Source: a virus
Virus record (IMG/VR): IMGVR_UViG_3300046832_000578
Strand: one strand, 5' to 3'
Length of the DNA: 64,000 nucleotides
Below, piece by piece: positions 29,274 to 39,990 of this stretch. A program made the position numbers and the translations under genes. The notes under the pieces were generated by a model. It made no database searches, was not told the DNA's origin, and saw only the letters and a program-made list of their open reading frames with translations. Numbering within the stretch: position 1 is the stretch's first letter; every line of letters begins with the position of its first letter.

Positions 29274-30662
29274 ATGCAATTTAAATCATTTATGGAAGCA
29301 TTGAAGGGTAAACAGCATAAGATCGACAAGAATAAAAATGGTAAGATCGATGCTCATGACTTCAAATTGCTTCAAAAAGAAGAACAAGAAATAGAAGAAT
29401 CTGAAGATCGTATGGCTCGTGCAGATTACAAAGTTAGTCCATCTGGTCGTAAATCTCACAAAGAGATTATTTTCACTTCTGGTCAAGAAGATAAAACAAA
29501 AGAAACAGTTAAAGAAGAAATGACTGATGCGCAAATGAAAAAGCGTGAAGAAATTGTCAAGTCAATGAAGAAAGACAAAGCAGGATTTAAAGATCGTTAT
29601 GGCGATCGTGCTGAGACTGTTATGTATGCTACTGCCACTAAAATGGCGATGAAAGAAGAAGCTGAAGAATTAGATGAAAAGTCTGATCAAGCTAAACAAA
29701 ACAAGACAATGAAGAATATGATGGACGCATCTCGTGGTGCTCGTTTTAAACTTAATAATCCAGTTCCAGACGCTGAGCCAGAACACAAAACTGCTAGAGC
29801 ACATAATGTGGCAATTGGTCGTGCATTACGCAAAGAAGGTTATTATGAAAAGCCAGCATCTGCTTATCGTCGTAAAGGTGATGAAATCGGTGGCGGTTCT
29901 TCTAAGAATGATGTACCATTCGATGGTCCATACACTAAGACTAAAGGTAACACTACAGACAAGTCTGGTGCAGTTCACTCACCAATGAGTCGTGCCAAAC
30001 ATTTAGCAAAAATGGCAATGAAGAAATCAATGAAAGAAGACATCGATCGTTTGTTTGAGAAAGATGACGAAGAGTATAACTACGAAGGTGATATGGCTAT
30101 CACTCAACTCAAGACTATCTCTCGTCACGCTGAAGCATTACAAGCAAAGATGAAACCAGATACTAATCTGCCAGAGTGGGTTCAGTCTAAGATTACTCTA
30201 GCAACAGATTATATGCAAACTGCTCATGACTATCTGATGTCTGAGTTAGATGAGCAAGCACCAGTTGCTCCAGTTCCAGGAATGAAGTTTAAGAATCAAG
30301 CTGTCATGGTTCATCCAGAAACTAAAAGTCGTGTTGTAATCAATCGTAAAAACATTGACAACTACACTAGTGATGGATATAAAGAAGTTCGTCCAGGACA
30401 AAAATTAAAAGAAGACGAAGAAGTAAAGTTTTCTTATGAAGAATTAATGATGATTAACGAAATTAAGTTAGCTGACTTACCTGTTCGTAGAATTAAAGGA
30501 CACTCTTATGGTGCAGATTACTCTGATCCAGAAGGTGCTGATGATTATGATGACAAAAAACCAATGAAACCTACAGCTGAGAAGCGTGGTCGTGGTCGCC
30601 CAGCTGGATCACAATCTGGTGCACGCAAAAACTTTGGCAGTTCTAAACTGCATACAAAATAA
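29274..30662 (+). CDS. putative prohead core / internal protein
   Basis: MQFKSFME start, HKIDKNKNGKID, LPEWVQSKITLA modules, many L-x-E sites. Confidence 0.6.
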   Translation: MQFKSFMEALKGKQHKIDKNKNGKIDAHDFKLLQKEEQEIEESEDRMARADYKVSPSGRKSHKEIIFTSGQEDKTKETVKEEMTDAQMKKREEIVKSMKKDKAGFKDRYGDRAETVMYATATKMAMKEEAEELDEKSDQAKQNKTMKNMMDASRGARFKLNNPVPDAEPEHKTARAHNVAIGRALRKEGYYEKPASAYRRKGDEIGGGSSKNDVPFDGPYTKTKGNTTDKSGAVHSPMSRAKHLAKMAMKKSMKEDIDRLFEKDDEEYNYEGDMAITQLKTISRHAEALQAKMKPDTNLPEWVQSKITLATDYMQTAHDYLMSELDEQAPVAPVPGMKFKNQAVMVHPETKSRVVINRKNIDNYTSDGYKEVRPGQKLKEDEEVKFSYEELMMINEIKLADLPVRRIKGHSYGADYSDPEGADDYDDKKPMKPTAEKRGRGRPAGSQSGARKNFGSSKLHTK

Positions 30663-30680
30663 ATTTAAGGAGAATTAAAA

Positions 30681-31682
30681 ATGGCACTATGGGGAAATAA
30701 AGATAGTAAAACTGCTAGCGGAACAATTGCGATTGCATCACCTGGAGGTGCAGTGACTGGTTCTTCTACTTCTTTTACTACACAAACAAGAGTTGGTGAT
30801 TATATCCGTGTTAGCGGAGAAGATTACCTAATCACAGCAATCGCATCAAACACTGCAGCGACTGTTCGTGCTGGTGTTCCAGGAGCAACACTAACAGTTG
30901 TTAATGCTGGCACATCATACACATTATCAGAAAAACCAGCATCTGTAACTACTGCAGAATCAGCAGGTTCAGCATCTGGTGTTCATGGTGATCCAACTAA
31001 AGTATTTGGTATGGACACTACTGAAGTTTCTGCTGGTGGCGATAATGTTACTGCTGTATCAGTTGCTGGTGGTGGAACTCTATATGTAGAAGCACCAACT
31101 GTTGCATTCTCTGGTGGCGGTGGATCTTCTGCTGCAGCTACTGCAACTATCTCTGGTGGTGCAGTAACTGCTATTACAGTAACCAATGTTGGTTCGGCAT
31201 ATACTTCTGCTCCAACTGTTACAATTCCAAAAGCACGAGTAACAATTCCTACTTCTGGTATTACTACTGCCACTGATACTATTGCATATACTGCTCACGG
31301 ATTATCTGCTGGTGATTCAGTTGTGTATAACAATGGTGGCGGAACTTCTGCAACTGGTTTAACTTCTGGTACAACATACTATGTTATATCTTCTGGTTTA
31401 ACTGCAAATGCATTTAAAGTTTCTGCTACCTCTGGTGGTACTACAGTTGATATTACTGGTACTGGTAATAATGCTCAATATTTTGAGAAAGTAGCATCTA
31501 CTGCCTCAACAGCAACTGCTGCACTAGGTGAGGGTACTATTGGTGGTGCTGCTCACGCTGGTTGGGTTCGTCGCACAGTAGGCACTGGTGGTCGTGCTGG
31601 TCGTATTCAAACAGAAGTTTTAGTTGCCATGGGTTCAATGACTGGTGACCAATCTGACGATATTCAATATCCAGACGCATAA
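30681..31682 (+). CDS. virion structural protein (Gly/Ser/Thr-rich fibre or decoration protein)
   Basis: MALWGNKD start, beta-strand repeats, C-terminal AHAGWV...EVLVAM. Confidence 0.7.
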   Translation: MALWGNKDSKTASGTIAIASPGGAVTGSSTSFTTQTRVGDYIRVSGEDYLITAIASNTAATVRAGVPGATLTVVNAGTSYTLSEKPASVTTAESAGSASGVHGDPTKVFGMDTTEVSAGGDNVTAVSVAGGGTLYVEAPTVAFSGGGGSSAAATATISGGAVTAITVTNVGSAYTSAPTVTIPKARVTIPTSGITTATDTIAYTAHGLSAGDSVVYNNGGGTSATGLTSGTTYYVISSGLTANAFKVSATSGGTTVDITGTGNNAQYFEKVASTASTATAALGEGTIGGAAHAGWVRRTVGTGGRAGRIQTEVLVAMGSMTGDQSDDIQYPDA

Positions 31683-31737
31683 TAAATACATGATGTAAAG
31701 AGGGAGAATGTTCTCCCTCTATTTCTGTGAAGAGAAT

Positions 31738-32118
31738 ATGGTTAGTGAAAAAATAAATGAAGGTAACTTTCTTGTCTATGCGATGCATCACTATGATAAC
31801 CCACAGTGTCATAGTTTAGCAGAGTTTGAAGAAGACATCAAGAAGTTTTTATATCTTAAGAAATTACTTTCTAGGTATAAGAACAATGGTGAACTGCGAG
31901 AAAGATTAATCCTCAATCACATTATTGTGCTTTACAATATATTTGGAGATGCAGCAACCAGAATGTTGTTTCATAAAATTGAAGAATCCTGCTGGGATTC
32001 TTTGATAACATTCTTGGTCTATCTTGATAGAATGCCTGAGTCTCTGCCAGAATTTAATATTGTTTTATCTGAAATTGTTTTGGATGAAACAATTATTGCA
32101 ATACTAAGGAAGATTTAA
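31738..32118 (+). CDS. conserved T4-like hypothetical protein
   Basis: YDNPQC...ERLILNHIIVLYN.FG. Confidence 0.75.
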   Translation: MVSEKINEGNFLVYAMHHYDNPQCHSLAEFEEDIKKFLYLKKLLSRYKNNGELRERLILNHIIVLYNIFGDAATRMLFHKIEESCWDSLITFLVYLDRMPESLPEFNIVLSEIVLDETIIAILRKI

Positions 32119-32627
32119 TGAGTCGCATTGTAGATAATTTGGTCGCTTATAAAATCCTTTCAATGTTAGTCACTAACTTTGAAGATACAAAAGCATACAA
32201 ATTAAATATCATTGATAAGAATGGTAAAAATCTAAAGAAAGCAAGTACTCTTAAGACATCTGAAGAGAAGGATGCTTACACTTATCTGACTCGTTTAGTT
32301 TTCAACATGAAAAAGATCATCAATAAAATTGGTGGTGAAAACAAACTTAAATCTTTAGTTGCAGCACTATGGTTAGTCAAAGAGCAGTATGAATCTGGTA
32401 ATCGTTCAACTGCATTAATGGAAGATAAATTTGACAGAGTGATGAAGTTGTTGGATAATAACTGTGTCCTTGTTGAAGAAGAGATTATTGTTAAGAAGTT
32501 TCTTGATGAAGAAGCACCTGCAAACTCTACTGCTGGTGCTGCAGTAAGCGAACCAAAGATCCAAAAGAAAGACATCAAGAAATATCAGGTTATGGCTAGG
32601 AGAAAACCTGTAAATGTTCCTACTTAA
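32118..32627 (+). CDS. conserved T4-like hypothetical protein
   Basis: AYKL.IIDKNG...AYT...RLVFNMK. Confidence 0.7.
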   Translation: MSRIVDNLVAYKILSMLVTNFEDTKAYKLNIIDKNGKNLKKASTLKTSEEKDAYTYLTRLVFNMKKIINKIGGENKLKSLVAALWLVKEQYESGNRSTALMEDKFDRVMKLLDNNCVLVEEEIIVKKFLDEEAPANSTAGAAVSEPKIQKKDIKKYQVMARRKPVNVPT

Positions 32628-33072
32628 TTTTATTCCTGATGCCCTTATTATTTGGGTAGTAAATGCAATCCTTATCAGCGGTATCGTTGGTACGATTGTT
32701 TCATTCTTCTTTGGATTCTTCGCTAGGTTTGTTCCGCAGCTATATGCGATACGAATGCCTCTGCAAATCATCAGTTTGATTCTTCTAATTGGTGGTGTAT
32801 ATTTTAAAGGTGGTGTTGGTGTTGAGATGGAATGGCGAGCAAGAGTTGCTCAACTAGAAGCACAGATTAAAGAGTCTGAGGCAAAGTCCAAAGAGACAAA
32901 CATTCAGATACAAAAAGTTTATGTGGACAAAGTAAGAGTTGTTAAAGAGAAACAAATAGTTGTCCAAGAAAAAATTGTTGAGAAAGAAAAGATTATTGAT
33001 GCAGAGTGTAAAGTTGTTCCTGAAACGATAACAATTTTAAACGATGCAATAAACACAGGAGTTAAGAAATGA
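32614..33072 (+). CDS. inner-membrane spanin (Rz-like)
   Basis: N-terminal TM helices, coiled coil, C-terminal Cys; adjacent to a lipoprotein. Confidence 0.65.
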   Translation: MFLLNFIPDALIIWVVNAILISGIVGTIVSFFFGFFARFVPQLYAIRMPLQIISLILLIGGVYFKGGVGVEMEWRARVAQLEAQIKESEAKSKETNIQIQKVYVDKVRVVKEKQIVVQEKIVEKEKIIDAECKVVPETITILNDAINTGVKK

Positions 33073-33332
33073 AACTTCTGTTAATATTACCAGTATTATT
33101 ATTGACAGGATGTTTAGTATCAACTCCTGTTAAACGAAATTTCCCAGAAGTTCCAAAAGAACTTATGGAAGCATGCCCTGATTTAAAGAAGACAGAATCC
33201 ACTGAAAAGTTGTCTGAGGTTCTTAAAGTTGTTGTTGATAACTATGGACAGTATCATGAATGTAAAATTAAAGTAGATACTTGGGCTGAATGGTATAAGA
33301 CACAAAAAGACATTTTTGAGAGTGTAAAATAA
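33069..33332 (+). CDS. outer-membrane spanin lipoprotein (Rz1-like)
   Basis: lipobox LLTGC, Pro-rich, NYGQYHEC. Confidence 0.7.
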   Translation: MKLLLILPVLLLTGCLVSTPVKRNFPEVPKELMEACPDLKKTESTEKLSEVLKVVVDNYGQYHECKIKVDTWAEWYKTQKDIFESVK

Positions 33333-33689
33333 ATGGAATCACCAGAAAGAATTGCTAAATTGGAAGCACAAATGGATGCCCTAAAAGAAGATGTCACAGA
33401 AGTTAAACATGACATCAAAGAGATTCACTCTCGTATCACTACTTCTAATAGAGAAATTGTTGATAAGATTGACGATATGCAAACTCGTCTTGAACATAAG
33501 ATGCAAGCGACATCACAAATATCTCAACAGCAACACGCTGAGATTAAAAAAGATGTTGTTGAAGATCTAGAGAAAATGAACAACCGAGTATCTGCTCTTG
33601 AGCAGTGGAAGTGGTATGTCATTGGTGGTGCTGCAACATTTGGTTTTGTTCTTGGTCACATCAACGAAATTGCAAAATATCTAAAATAA
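33333..33689 (+). CDS. coiled-coil protein with C-terminal TM (XhlA/holin-like)
   Basis: ERIAKLE...WKWYVIGGA. Confidence 0.55.
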   Translation: MESPERIAKLEAQMDALKEDVTEVKHDIKEIHSRITTSNREIVDKIDDMQTRLEHKMQATSQISQQQHAEIKKDVVEDLEKMNNRVSALEQWKWYVIGGAATFGFVLGHINEIAKYLK

Positions 33690-33692
33690 AAT

Positions 33693-33721
33693 TTGCTTTG
33701 TAATGATATGTAGGGTATAAT
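33693..33721 (+). promoter_or_regulatory. sigma70/middle-type promoter for primase
   Basis: TTGCTT-17-TATAAT. Confidence 0.7.
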
Positions 33722-33744
33722 TGTACTCTATATGTGGAGTTATT

Positions 33745-34776
33745 ATGTTATACATTGATGCAAAGTATGCCCAAATTCTGGGTAGTAGGTTGCGAAATTT
33801 CAAACAGAAAAAAGATTATCTCTGGAACTATTCTTGTCCAGTGTGTGGTGACTCATCTAAAAATAAGTTGAAGGCACGAGGTTACATCTATCGTGCAGAG
33901 TCAGATCTATTTGTTAAGTGCCACAATTGTGGTTATGGTACGAACATTGGTAATTTAATTAAGTATGTAGATACAAAGTTGTATGATGAGTATGTGCTTG
34001 AAAGATATAAGGCAGGTGCTACTCGTTACAATGCACATAAAGATGTAGCTGAGATACTTGAGCAACCAAAACAAGAACTGCTTGAAGATGATATCCTTAG
34101 TGGATTGACTCGTCTTGATAAACTCGCACTTGACAAACCAGATCATCCTGCGATAAAATATGTAGAGAACAGAAAGATTCCTCGTGATAAATGGTATCTT
34201 CTTTACTTTACTGCAAAGTTTAAAGCATATACAAACTCTATTACACCAAAGTTTGTAGAGCCAATTGTTGATGAACATCCGAGGATGATTATCCCATACT
34301 TCACTTCCGCAGGGAAGTGTTTTGCATTTCAGGCTAGAGCGTATGGAAATGAAGAGCCTAAGTATTATACCATCAAGGTAGATGAGACACAAGAAAAGAT
34401 TTATGGTCTTGAAAGGATTGATTATGCTAAAAGAATTATCGTTGTGGAAGGTCCAATTGACTCACTGTTTCTACAAAATGCAGTGGCTGTTTCAGGAGCA
34501 AGTTTTGATACCCCTACTATTCGTAGCATCCTTACTAATGCTACTATAGTAATGGACAATGAACCTCGCAATAAAGACATTGTCAAACAGTTAGAGAAGT
34601 ATATTAATCTAGGTTATAGCGTTTGTATGCTCCCAGATTTCATAGAGCAAAAAGATATCAATGAAATAATTTTGCATGGTAAAAAGACTGCCAGTGAGAT
34701 TATGGATCTAATAAATACAAACACCTACTTTGGTATGGAAGCAAAATTAAAATTTAGTACATGGAAGAAAATATGA
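33745..34776 (+). CDS. gp61: DNA primase (gp61)
   Basis: CPVCGDS...CHNC zinc ribbon; TOPRIM VEGPIDS, DNEPRN, KDIN. Confidence 0.95.
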   Translation: MLYIDAKYAQILGSRLRNFKQKKDYLWNYSCPVCGDSSKNKLKARGYIYRAESDLFVKCHNCGYGTNIGNLIKYVDTKLYDEYVLERYKAGATRYNAHKDVAEILEQPKQELLEDDILSGLTRLDKLALDKPDHPAIKYVENRKIPRDKWYLLYFTAKFKAYTNSITPKFVEPIVDEHPRMIIPYFTSAGKCFAFQARAYGNEEPKYYTIKVDETQEKIYGLERIDYAKRIIVVEGPIDSLFLQNAVAVSGASFDTPTIRSILTNATIVMDNEPRNKDIVKQLEKYINLGYSVCMLPDFIEQKDINEIILHGKKTASEIMDLINTNTYFGMEAKLKFSTWKKI

Positions 34777-35441
34777 AAGTAAGGTTGATTAGTTATAGCA
34801 ATCCATCCAAAGAAATTGCTGAGCAAGGGCTGTATGATGTTCAAGAACTTATAGCATTCTGCGCAAGGGTGAGCAACCCCAGCAATCAAAACAATACAGA
34901 GACATCAGAGAAGTTAATTAAGTATTTAATTAAGCATCAACATTGGTCACCTTTAGAGATGGTCAGTGCCTGTTTAGAAATTGAAACAACTCGTGACATA
35001 GCAAGACAAATATTGCGTCATCGTTCTTTTTCGTTCCAAGAATTCAGTCAGCGATATGCTGATCCAACCAAAGACTTATCTTTCGTTCTTAGAGAAGCCC
35101 GACTTCAAGATACGAACAATCGTCAAAATAGTGTTGAGAATACGAATCTAGCATTGGCTGCTTGGTGGGAAGAAAGACAAAAGCGAGTAATTGAAGAAGC
35201 GAAGAATGCTTATGAATGGGCAATCCAACATGGTATCGCCAAAGAACAAGCAAGAGCAGTATTACCAGAAGGATTGACTGTCAGTCGTTTATACATGAAT
35301 GGTACATTACGCAGCTGGATACATTTTATAGAATTAAGATCTGCGAATGGTACACAAAAGGAACATCAAGAAGTCGCACGAGAATGCGCAAAAGTTATTG
35401 CTGAAGTATTTCCTTTGGCAAATGAATTAGTAAAACTATAA
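34773..35441 (+). CDS. thyX: flavin-dependent thymidylate synthase
   Basis: HWSPLE, QILRHRSFSFQEFSQRY. Confidence 0.95.
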   Translation: MKVRLISYSNPSKEIAEQGLYDVQELIAFCARVSNPSNQNNTETSEKLIKYLIKHQHWSPLEMVSACLEIETTRDIARQILRHRSFSFQEFSQRYADPTKDLSFVLREARLQDTNNRQNSVENTNLALAAWWEERQKRVIEEAKNAYEWAIQHGIAKEQARAVLPEGLTVSRLYMNGTLRSWIHFIELRSANGTQKEHQEVARECAKVIAEVFPLANELVKL

Positions 35442-35458
35442 TAATATTGGGGCAAGAT

Positions 35459-37258
35459 ATGGAAGAAATTGTGCATGGCATAAAGGTTGATTACACTCGT
35501 GATACTTTGTTTGACGATTTAGGTAAGCTACGATTAAAAGAAAGTTATATGAAAGATGATGAAGTGAGTCCTCAAGAGAGATTCGCTTTTGTTAGCAGTA
35601 AGTTTAGTTCTAATCCAGAACATGCACAGAGATTATATGAATATAGTAGCAAACATTGGTTGTCATATTCAACACCTATCTTATCGTTTGGTCGAAGCAA
35701 GCGTGGTTTACCAATCTCTTGTTTTTTAAATTATATTGAAGATACAGCGGAGGGTTTAGTTGATAATCTTAGTGAAACTAATTGGCTTAGTATGCTTGGT
35801 GGCGGTGTCGGTATTGGTTTTGGTATTCGTTCGGCAGATGATAAATCGACTGGAGTTATGCCTCACCTCAAAATTTACGATGCGTCGAGTTTGGCATATC
35901 GCCAAGGTCGTACCCGTCGTGGCAGTTATGCTGCTTATCTTGACATTAGCCATCCAGATATTATTAATTTCTTAGAGATGCGTAAACCAACAGGGGATCA
36001 GAATATGAGAACCCTGAACATGCATCATGGTATTAATATTCCAGATGCATTTATGCAAATCATCGAACAATCAATGATTGATCCAGAGTTTGATGACTCA
36101 TGGGAACTTATCGATCCAGCATCATTGATTGTCCGTGAGAAGGTAAGTGCAAAAGAATTGTGGCAACGAATTCTTGAAATGCGTATGATGACTGGTGAAC
36201 CATATCTACATTTTATTGATACATCCAATCGTCATTTACCACAATGGTTAAAAGACAAAGGGTTAAAAGTCCACCAATCAAATCTCTGTTCAGAGATTAT
36301 TCTCCCGACAAATGAGAAACGAACAGCAGTCTGTTGTTTATCTTCTCTTAATCTAGAGTACTACGATGATTGGAAAGATGATGCTCTCTTCTTAAAAGAT
36401 GTCGCTGAAATGCTAGACAATGTTCTTCAGTATTTCATTGACAATGCTCCAAAAGAAATCAAGCGAGCAAAGTATTCTGCCATTCGTGAAAGAAGTATTG
36501 GTATCGGTGCATTGGGTTGGCATGCACTACTACAGCGTAAGAATATTCCATGGGAATCATCTATGGCTGTTGGTCTTAACAAAACAATTTTCGAAAGTGT
36601 CAGAGGAAAATTAGATGCAGCTAATAAAGAACTTGGATTGGAGAGAGGTGAGGCTCCTGATGCTGAGGGTACTGGTAATCGTTTCAGCCATCTCATGGCA
36701 ATTGCTCCCAATGCTAGTTCTTCCATTCTTATGGGCAATACCTCTCCTAGTATTGAACCTTATAGGGCTAATGCTTATAGGCAGGACACTCTGTCGGGTT
36801 CTCACTTAAACAAGAATCGTTATCTTGATAAGATAATTCAAAGCGAAGCAGGTAAACATAATGAAGGATGGGCAGAAGAAGTTTGGCGTAGTATTATTGC
36901 GAATGATGGTAGCGTTCAGCACTTGGATTGGATGGAAGAGTGGACAAAAGATGTTTTCAAAACATCTATGGAAATTGACCAGCGTTGGGTGGTCCAACAT
37001 GCAGCGGACAGACAAGAATACATCGACCAAGCACAATCGTTAAATGTATTCTTCCGTCCAGATTCTCATATCAAATACATTCATGCTGTGCATTTTCAAG
37101 CATGGAAGTCTGGATTGAAAACCATGTATTACTGCCGAAGTGATAAGATCGCTAAAGCAGACAAAGTCTCTAAGAGAATTGAACGAGAAATTATTAAAGA
37201 GATCGACTTAACAGCACTCACAACAGACGAAGGTGTATGTCTGGCTTGTGAAGGATAA
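35459..37258 (+). CDS. nrdA: ribonucleotide reductase class I alpha subunit (short, no ATP cone)
   Basis: SCFL, SNLCSEI, APNASSS, C-terminal CLACEG. Confidence 0.95.
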   Translation: MEEIVHGIKVDYTRDTLFDDLGKLRLKESYMKDDEVSPQERFAFVSSKFSSNPEHAQRLYEYSSKHWLSYSTPILSFGRSKRGLPISCFLNYIEDTAEGLVDNLSETNWLSMLGGGVGIGFGIRSADDKSTGVMPHLKIYDASSLAYRQGRTRRGSYAAYLDISHPDIINFLEMRKPTGDQNMRTLNMHHGINIPDAFMQIIEQSMIDPEFDDSWELIDPASLIVREKVSAKELWQRILEMRMMTGEPYLHFIDTSNRHLPQWLKDKGLKVHQSNLCSEIILPTNEKRTAVCCLSSLNLEYYDDWKDDALFLKDVAEMLDNVLQYFIDNAPKEIKRAKYSAIRERSIGIGALGWHALLQRKNIPWESSMAVGLNKTIFESVRGKLDAANKELGLERGEAPDAEGTGNRFSHLMAIAPNASSSILMGNTSPSIEPYRANAYRQDTLSGSHLNKNRYLDKIIQSEAGKHNEGWAEEVWRSIIANDGSVQHLDWMEEWTKDVFKTSMEIDQRWVVQHAADRQEYIDQAQSLNVFFRPDSHIKYIHAVHFQAWKSGLKTMYYCRSDKIAKADKVSKRIEREIIKEIDLTALTTDEGVCLACEG

Positions 37259-37276
37259 CAATAAAAGAGAACAGAA

Positions 37277-38269
37277 ATGATTAAGAAAACTCAAAGTAGG
37301 ATGACGGATGAACGAACATATTTTAAACCATTCAATTATCCTTGGGCATACGATGCATGGTTAAAACATGAGCAAGCACATTGGCTACATACAGAAGTGC
37401 CAATGGCAGAAGATGTTAAAGACTGGAAGAAGAAACTAACTACTGAGGAAAAACAATTCCTTACTAACATCTTTCGTTTCTTTACACAAGGTGACATCGA
37501 TGTGGCAGGTGGATATGTTAAAAACTATCTTCCTTATTTTCCACAACCAGAAATTCGTATGATGTTATCTGGGTTTGCTGCAAGAGAAGCATTACACATT
37601 GCTGCGTATTCTCATCTAATTGAAACACTTGGTATGCCAGAATCTACCTACAGCGAGTTTTTAGAATATCAAGAAATGAAGGACAAACACGATTATGTTA
37701 CGGAACTCAGTTCGAAGAATGGTACTCTTGAATCAACTGCGACACACATCGCTGTCTTCTCTGCTTTTACAGAGGGCATGCAGCTTTTTAGTTCTTTTAT
37801 TATGTTGCTTAATTTTCCTCGTCATGGTATTATGAAGGGGATGGGACAGATTGTTACTTGGTCTATTGTTGATGAAACAATGCATGCTGAATCAATGATC
37901 AAACTGTTCAAAGAATACATCAAAGAAAATCCAGAGATCTGGGGTGATGATCTAAAAGGTAAGATTTATACAATCGCTGAAAAGATGGTTCAGTTGGAAG
38001 ATAAGTTTATTGATTTATCTTTTAATGGAACACACATGCGTGATTTAGAGCCAGAAGATGTTAAACAATACATTCGTTATATCGCAGATCGTCGTTTGAT
38101 TTCTCTCGGCATGAAAGGTATCTTTAAAGTTAAAAAGAATCCACTGCCATGGGTAGAAGAAATGATTAATGCTCCAGTGCATGGTAACTTTTTTGAGAAT
38201 CGTGTCACTGATTATGCAAAGGGTGCTTTGTCTGGTACATGGGAAGATGTTTGGGCTAAAGCAGCATAA
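37277..38269 (+). CDS. nrdB: ribonucleotide reductase class I beta subunit
   Basis: EALHIAAY, TEG, DETMH di-iron ligands, NFFE. Confidence 0.95.
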   Translation: MIKKTQSRMTDERTYFKPFNYPWAYDAWLKHEQAHWLHTEVPMAEDVKDWKKKLTTEEKQFLTNIFRFFTQGDIDVAGGYVKNYLPYFPQPEIRMMLSGFAAREALHIAAYSHLIETLGMPESTYSEFLEYQEMKDKHDYVTELSSKNGTLESTATHIAVFSAFTEGMQLFSSFIMLLNFPRHGIMKGMGQIVTWSIVDETMHAESMIKLFKEYIKENPEIWGDDLKGKIYTIAEKMVQLEDKFIDLSFNGTHMRDLEPEDVKQYIRYIADRRLISLGMKGIFKVKKNPLPWVEEMINAPVHGNFFENRVTDYAKGALSGTWEDVWAKAA

Positions 38270-38907
38270 TGGCACATATAATTGCGAACCTTCCACCTGT
38301 GAAGTGTTTCGTTCGCAGAGAGTTTCTCTATGACTTTGAGAAAGGTCATGGAGAACTTGAACCTTGTTGGTGGATAAGTATTAAGTCTTTAAGAGGGCAA
38401 GCATTTCGTATTGAGTCATATCTTAATGAATATGGTGCTCTCTATGATAAACTACCACTACACGCATATTGCTGGAAACCAATTGATGGTGAACCATTAC
38501 CATTAGATTATCTTCAGTTATGGGATTGTTTATCATATGATATAACTGTGCTAAAGAAAGCACAGCTACAATCAATGAGATGTAAGTTTAAGTTAAAGAA
38601 TGGGGATTGGATGTATGGTGTTTATCTTTTTACAGTTGATTCTGCTCATCCTGACTTTAACATTCTTGATACAGGGTTTTCTGAAGATGTCGAGGATCAC
38701 AAGTCTTATAATTTCATTCAGTGTGATAATGGGCAGTTTGCTGCTCAGCCAAATAATCGTTTAATTATATTAGAGCCAAGTAGTAATCCAAAAGAACTTA
38801 AGAAACCAGATTTTAGAGTAGCAACAAAACGCTGGTCTGTAGAAACAGACTCCAAGTGGGCATTGGGAGATACCAATACCATAATGTACGAAAGGCAAGA
38901 TGGCTGA
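38269..38907 (+). CDS. conserved phage hypothetical protein
   Basis: LQLWDCLSY, NGQFAAQPNNR. Confidence 0.7.
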   Translation: MAHIIANLPPVKCFVRREFLYDFEKGHGELEPCWWISIKSLRGQAFRIESYLNEYGALYDKLPLHAYCWKPIDGEPLPLDYLQLWDCLSYDITVLKKAQLQSMRCKFKLKNGDWMYGVYLFTVDSAHPDFNILDTGFSEDVEDHKSYNFIQCDNGQFAAQPNNRLIILEPSSNPKELKKPDFRVATKRWSVETDSKWALGDTNTIMYERQDG

Positions 38908-39604
38908 GTTAATTTATCTGTTGGTGATGACACACATCACCATTGTTTGTGTTACATTGTTTTTACATAGAGGACAAACACATAGGGGTTTAGAGTTTAA
39001 TTCTGGACTATCTCATTTCATGAGATTTTGGTTGTGGCTAACTACTGGCATGGTAACGAAACAATGGGTTGCCATACATCGTAAACATCATCAGAACTCT
39101 GATAAAGAAGGTGATCCACATAGCCCACACAATGAAGGTATCTGGTTTGTTTTATTTGCTGGAGTTTCTTGCTATGTTCAATCTGCAAAAGATAAAGAAA
39201 TGATTCAGAAGTATGGTGTTGGTACTCCAGATGATTGGATTGAGAAACATGTTTATTCCAGATTCCCATATGCTGGAATAGTACTTATGTTAGCAATTAG
39301 TTTAATGCTGTTTGGTTGGTGGGGAATTTGGTTCTGGGCAGTTCAAATGGTATGGATTCCATTTTGGGCAGCAGGTGTTGTGAATGGTGCTGGACATTAC
39401 TATGGATACAGAAATTATGATAGTAAAGATAAATCAACTAATATAGTTCCATGGGGAATTATTATTGGTGGTGAAGAACTACATAACAATCATCACGGAG
39501 ATCCAGCAAATCCAAAACTAAGTAGAAAGCCACTAGAGTTTGATATGGGTTGGATGTGGTTTAAGATTTTTAACAAATTAGGTTTAGCAAAGGAAAGACA
39601 ATAA
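38900..39604 (+). CDS. desA: membrane fatty-acid (delta-9) desaturase
   Basis: three His boxes HRGQTH, HRKHH, HNNHH. Confidence 0.9.
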   Translation: MAELIYLLVMTHITIVCVTLFLHRGQTHRGLEFNSGLSHFMRFWLWLTTGMVTKQWVAIHRKHHQNSDKEGDPHSPHNEGIWFVLFAGVSCYVQSAKDKEMIQKYGVGTPDDWIEKHVYSRFPYAGIVLMLAISLMLFGWWGIWFWAVQMVWIPFWAAGVVNGAGHYYGYRNYDSKDKSTNIVPWGIIIGGEELHNNHHGDPANPKLSRKPLEFDMGWMWFKIFNKLGLAKERQ

Positions 39605-39990
39605 TGGCTTACTCAGACAAGGTTATAGATCATTATGAGAATCCTAGAAATGTAGGAAGTTTTGATAAGAGTGATAAAAATATTGGTACAGGAATGGTCG
39701 GTGCACCAGCGTGTGGTGATGTGATGAAATTACAGATAAGGGTAAATGAAGATGGGATTATCGAAGATGCAAAGTTCAAAACTTATGGGTGCGGTTCGGC
39801 AATTGCTTCTTCCTCTCTCGTTACAGAATGGGTCAAGGGTAAAACGCTTGAGCAAGCTGGACAGATTAAGAACTCTGAGATCGCAGAAGAACTCGCACTT
39901 CCGCCAGTTAAAATCCATTGCTCGATTCTTGCAGAGGATGCGATAAGAGCAGCAATAAAAGATTACAATCTGAAATGTGAGTGCGTATGA
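39604..39990 (+). CDS. iscU: Fe-S cluster scaffold IscU
   Basis: MAYSDKVIDHYENPRNVG, APACGD, GCGSAIAS, LPPVKIHC. Confidence 0.96.
   Translation: MAYSDKVIDHYENPRNVGSFDKSDKNIGTGMVGAPACGDVMKLQIRVNEDGIIEDAKFKTYGCGSAIASSSLVTEWVKGKTLEQAGQIKNSEIAEELALPPVKIHCSILAEDAIRAAIKDYNLKCECV

Noticed and set aside
9126-38269. Introns or inteins in gp43, gp41, nrdA, nrdB
   Set aside because: The ORFs are continuous and of normal or short length.
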